Source: Eledone cirrhosa (taxonomy: Eukaryota). Taken from it: 64,000 bases of DNA. A model generated the notes under the pieces. The model was not told the origin of the DNA. It saw only the letters and a list, made by a program, of their open reading frames with translations, and ran no database searches. The position numbers were made by a program, and so were the translations under genes. The DNA is taken from the NCBI GenBank assembly GCA_964016885.1, contig OZ024761.1, positions 26,660,001 through 26,724,000 on the forward strand, read 5' to 3'. Below are positions 58,058 through 64,000 of the stretch, in pieces; position 1 is the first letter of the stretch, and every line of letters starts with the position of its first letter.

Positions 58058-59291
58058 TACATATCTCTCTCTCCATCTCCTCACCCTCTCTCTCTTTTAT
58101 CCTCTCTCTTTTAACCCCCCCCCCGTCTACCCCCCTCCTCTACCTCCCCCTCCTCTACCTCCTCCCTCCTACCTCCCTCTACGCTCTATCTCCCCCCTCT
58201 ACCCCCTCCCATCCTCCCCCCTTCCTTATACAAACTCAATCTACATACACATCTATATACCTCCGCTCTCCCTCAAACTACTCTGTCTCTCTCTCTCTTT
58301 ATATAAACACACGTGGGTGGGAGGGTGGGAGCTGCACGAGATGTAGGCTAAAGCAGCAAACTTACAATTTTTATTACCCGTTACACTCAGTAAAGAAAAA
58401 TATAAATAACAATTCTATATCTCTTATATCTTTGTACCAACATAATGCCATGACTTCACTAATACATAACATAACATACCTCATTCGTCTCTAACCCCTT
58501 CCTTACTCCAAAACCCCCTCTCAAACCTTTCATACTCCACAATGACGTAACACAAGTACCAGCAATTATATTACTTATCTTCTCCCTTATTTGGTTTCCT
58601 TTTTTATTCTTTCTGTCAACCAATATGGAAGATAAGACGCCATTCAGTACGAAACCGCTGAGCTTTTCCGCCATTAAAGAAGTGACGAAAACTGCAAAGC
58701 AGCTCTTAAATTTACAGAGAAAGCGATTGGTTCGCTTATGATGGAATGAAATGGCTGTCATTTACTTTAGTTTTTCGTTTATTTATTACACAACATTTCA
58801 ACCTCATTTTATGAAGAGTTCTCACTTGTAAAAAACAACAACAACGAAACAACAAAAAAAACAACAACAAAATCTTCATCGCATAAACTTATAATCACAC
58901 GCACAGACACACACATACACACACATAAACACACATACACACACATAAACACACAGACACAGATACACACACAGACACAAAGACACACATAGACACATAG
59001 ACACACACAGACAAACACACACATACACAGACACAGATACACACACAGATACATACACACACATACACACACAGACACAAAGACACAGACACACACAGAT
59101 ACACACACAGACACAAAGACACAAAGACACATACACACACAGACACACACATACACATACACACACAGATACACACAGACACACACAGAGACACATACAC
59201 ACACAGACACAGATACACACACATACACACAGATACACACACACACAGACGCACACACACACGTAGTTGTAAGCACAATACACACTGTATC

Positions 59292-59352
<61 letters not shown>

Positions 59353-59433
59353 ATCTGTGTGTGTATCTGTATATATATATATATGTGTATCTGTGTGTGT
59401 GTGTGTCTGTATATATATATATGTATCTGTGTA

Positions 59434-59474
<41 letters not shown>

Positions 59475-59558
59475 ATCTGTGTGTGTGTGTCTGTATATAT
59501 ATATATGTGTATCTGTGTGTGTGTGTGTGTCTGTATATATATATATATATGTGTGTGT

Positions 59559-59590
<32 letters not shown>

Positions 59591-59655
59591 GTGTATCTGT
59601 GTGTGTGTGTGTCTGTATATATATATATATGTGTGTGTATCTGTGTGTGTGTGTG

Positions 59656-59710
<55 letters not shown>

Positions 59711-59797
59711 ATCTGTGTGTCTGTATATATATATATATGTGTGTGTATCTGTGTGTGTCTGTATATATATATATATATCTATATGTGTATCTGTGTG

Positions 59798-59836
<39 letters not shown>

Positions 59837-60374
59837 ATCTGTGTGTGTCTGTATATATATATGTGTGTATCTGCGTGTGTGTATCTGCATATATATATAT
59901 ATATATATATAATGTGTATGTATATATATATGTAAATACAGTTCATCAAAGCACTTAGTAATTTATAGCTGCATCCGTAAATATGCATTAATATTGGTAA
60001 GCACTGTTGTAAACATGTCGTAGAATATATATATATGTATATATATAGGTGTATATATAGGTGTATATAATATATATATATATATATAGGGGTGTATAGT
60101 GTATACATAGGTGTACACGAATTTATATTGTGGATATAATATATATATACGTGTACATGAATTTATACATGTGTGGATAGAATATATACATATGGATGTA
60201 TAGAATAAACATATATTGGTGTATATAGAATAGATATATGGGTGTATAGAGTATATGGGTGTATAGAGTATATGGGTGTATAGAATGTATATATGAGAGT
60301 ATATAAAATATATATATATATATATATATGGGTGTACGTGAATTTATATCTACAGCGTTTGAGACATAGGTTTA

Positions 60375-61800
60375 GTCATACACATACATAGACATATACA
60401 TACATACATATATACACATGCATAGACATATACACACATACATACACAGATATAGACATACACACACATACATACATATACACACATACATACACAGATA
60501 TAGACATACACACACATACATACACAGATATAGACGTAAACAGATAGACATAGTCCTACACAAATATATACACACACACATAGATATACACATACAGGCA
60601 TACATAGCCATACACAGATATACACATACATACGTACACATATATACACATACATACATACACAGATACACATACAGACATACATATATATACACATACA
60701 GACATACACAGATATACACATACAGACATACATATATATACACATACAGACATACACAGATATACACATACAGATATACACAGATATACACATACAGACA
60801 TACACAGATATACACATACAGACATACACAGATATACACATACAGACATACACATACATACATACACAGATATACAAATACAGGCATACACATATACACA
60901 TACAGACATACACAGATATACACATACAGACATACATATATATACACATACAAACATACACAGATATACAAATACAGGCATACACAGATACACATACAGA
61001 CATACATATATATATACATACAGGCATACACAGATATACACATATATACACATACAGATATACACATACATACATACACAGATATACACATACAGACATA
61101 CACAGATATACACAGATATACACATACAGACATACATATATATACACATACAGGCATACACAGATATACACATACAGGCATACATATACAGATATACACA
61201 TACATACATACATATATATACACATACAGACATACACATACAGACACACACAGATATACACATACATACATATACAGATATACACATACAGACATACACA
61301 TATATACACATACAGATATACACATACATAGATATACACATACAGACATACACAGATATACACATACATACATACACATACATACACATACATACACAGA
61401 TATACACATACAGGCATGCACAGATATACACATACATACATACACAGTTATACACATACATACATACACAGATATACACATACAGTCATACACATACAGA
61501 CATACACAGATATACACACATATACACATACAGACATACACAGATATACACATACAGACATACACATACATACATACACAGATATACACACACAGATATA
61601 CACACATATACACATACAGACATACACAGATATACACATACAGACATACACAGATATACACATACATACATACACAGATATACACATACATACATACACA
61701 GACATACACACATATACACATACATACATACAGACATACACACATATACACATACAGGCATACACAGATATAGTCATAAACATATAGACACAGCCATACA
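60375..61800. repeat. Compound CA/GA-TA minisatellite (CACATACAGACATACACAGATATA-type)
   Basis: Direct inspection. Confidence 0.9.
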
Positions 61801-61814
61801 CAGATATAGATGTA

Positions 61815-61908
<94 letters not shown>

Positions 61909-62034
61909 GACACTGTTTGCTTATATCTTATTACATAAACATATGCGAAAGCATATGCATTTATGCACAAACATGCATATATATACTAATATATATATAT
62001 ATACGAGTATATATATACATGAGTGTATATATAC

Positions 62035-62076
<42 letters not shown>

Positions 62077-62360
62077 GTGTATGAGGATATGAAATTTGTT
62101 CGTATTTTATACGCTTTTATTTTTTGGGTTTTGTGCATGTGTGTGTGTGTCTTTGATATTGTGTGTGTGTGTGTGTGTCTCTGTGTGTGTCTTTGATTTT
62201 TTTACGTGTGTATGTGGGGGAGTAAATGTCTGTGTATGTGTATATATATGTATGTATGTACATGTGTGTATGTATGTATGTATGTATGTATGTATGTATG
62301 TATGTATGTATGTATGTGTGTGTCTGTGTGTGTGTATATATATGCATGCATGTATGCATG

Positions 62361-62418
<58 letters not shown>

Positions 62419-62726
62419 TCCCCCCCCCCCTCCCTGTCGTTCAGCTGCATGTGTTGTAGCTGTCACACCATTTAACAGCCATATTGCATCTCAACCTGTT
62501 GATAAATAGAAAGATCGTAAACATTTGCTCTATAACTCTTCTGCTTCTCGCTTTTCCCCCCGCCATCTTTACACACATTCTCCGCCATTTTTATACACAC
62601 TCTCCGCCATTTTATATTCACAAATGTAAACATTATATACTGCTTCACTCTTTTATACTGAATTCGTTAGCAGTTTGTATTTTTATTTAGTGATTTTATT
62701 TTATTTATTTATTTATTTATTTATGT

Positions 62727-62805
62727 TTTACTGGTTCCAGACATTAAACTGTGGCCATGCTGGAGCACAGTCTTAAAAGTTTTAGTCGATCGCATCCATC
62801 TTAGT
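62727..62805 (-). mobile_element. SINE-like family C end fragment
   Basis: TTTACTGGTTCCAGAC..GTGGCCATGCTGGAGCAC..GTTTTAGTCGA next to a (TTTA)n tract. Confidence 0.55.
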
Positions 62806-62907
62806 TTTTGCTTGTCTCTTCTGAATAAAATACACGTACATATATGGTTATATGTACTCTCTCTCTCTGTCTCTCTTTTTCTCTCTCTCTTTTTCTCGCC
62901 CTCTTTT

Positions 62908-62938
<31 letters not shown>

Positions 62939-62984
62939 GTCTCTCTTTCTCTCTCTCTCTCCCTCTGTCTCTCTTTCTCACTCC

Positions 62985-63058
<74 letters not shown>

Positions 63059-63632
63059 GTCTCTCTCTCTTTTTCTCTTTCTCTCTTTCTCACTTTTTCT
63101 CTCTCTTTTTCTCTCTCTCTGTCTCTATTTTTCCCTCCCTCTGTCTCTCTTTCTCTCTCTCCCTCTGTCTCTCTTTCTCTCTCTCCCTCTCCCTCTCTCT
63201 CTTTCTCACTTTTTCTCTCTCTCTTTTCTCTCTCTCTCTGTCTCTTTCTCTCTCTCTGTCTCTCTTTTTCTCTCCCTCTGTCTCTCTTTCTCCCTCCCTC
63301 TGCCTCTCTTTCTCTCTCTCTCCCCCTGTCTCTCTCTTTTTCTCTCTTTCCCTTTTCTTTCTATTTCCCTCTCTCCCTTCCTACCCATATAACCACCCCA
63401 CTTCCCCTCCCCTAAAATTGCTGGTCTTGTGCCTAAATAAGAAACCAATATTATTGATGTCAAGGATTATATGTCAAGAGTGGCAGTCAACAGAGAGTTT
63501 GAACATTAGGTCCATCAGACATGGCAACCACCAAGAGTTTATCATCTAGGACAATCCAGAAGTGACAGTCACTATGAGTTTCATCATTAAGATCATAATA
63601 AATGAAAACATTATTATTATTATTATTATTAT

Positions 63633-63825
63633 GAGGGTGGTAGATTTGCAGTATCAGTAGAGGGTCGGACAACATGCTTTGCAGCATAGAGTTATGGCCC
63701 TTTATGGTCTGAGTTCAAATCCCGCCGAGGTTAACTTTGCCTTTCATCCTTACCGGGTCGATAAAATAAAGTACCAGTAATGCACTGGGATAATTGCTGG
63801 CCTTGGGCCAAAAGTAGAAACAATT
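63633..63825 (+). mobile_element. SINE family A copy
   Basis: Head, B-box, core and tail all present. Confidence 0.88.
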
Positions 63826-63837
63826 ATTATTATTATA

Positions 63838-64000
63838 CTTTGAGTCTCAGTCATTGATGTTATTTAACTGGAAAGTTTGTTCAAATGAATATCAAGCCAC
63901 TACCTGCAGCCTCAGATATTCAGGACGTATCGGAGAGTTCTTGCTATTCCCAGCAAGCATGCCTTTTGAAGTGTTCCAAAAAATGGTTGGACTAATGTTC
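63838..64000 (-). mobile_element. 3' end of an R4/Dong-like non-LTR retrotransposon
   Basis: Minus frame ..GTLQKACLLGIARTLRYVLNI* (stop at 63912), like the R4-clade terminal QKxxLLGTARILRxVL motif. Short 3' UTR, then (TAA)n. Confidence 0.7.

Overview
Eukaryotic, gene-poor, extremely microsatellite-rich window with a 200-N gap at 25720-25919. The repeat content suggests an octopus or other coleoid cephalopod (inference). Almost all listed ORFs are translations of simple repeats, and no intact host gene is recognisable. Recognisable coding remnants are all from transposons: 3' ends of an RTE, an L1/Tx1-like and an R4/Dong-like LINE, plus two copies of an internally deleted mariner with ~103-bp inverted ends. 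There are many tRNA-derived SINE copies, a hAT MITE and several minisatellites (48-87 bp units). The main hidden signal is about ten type I hammerhead ribozyme motifs (predicted by eye, untested) in short elements embedded in (TA)n tracts. Three of these elements are fold-backs with a ribozyme in each arm, and one family has a U3:A8 core variant with an extended stem II. The layout fits truncated Penelope-like retroelements. Many unique islands also carry YY1/Pho-like motifs.
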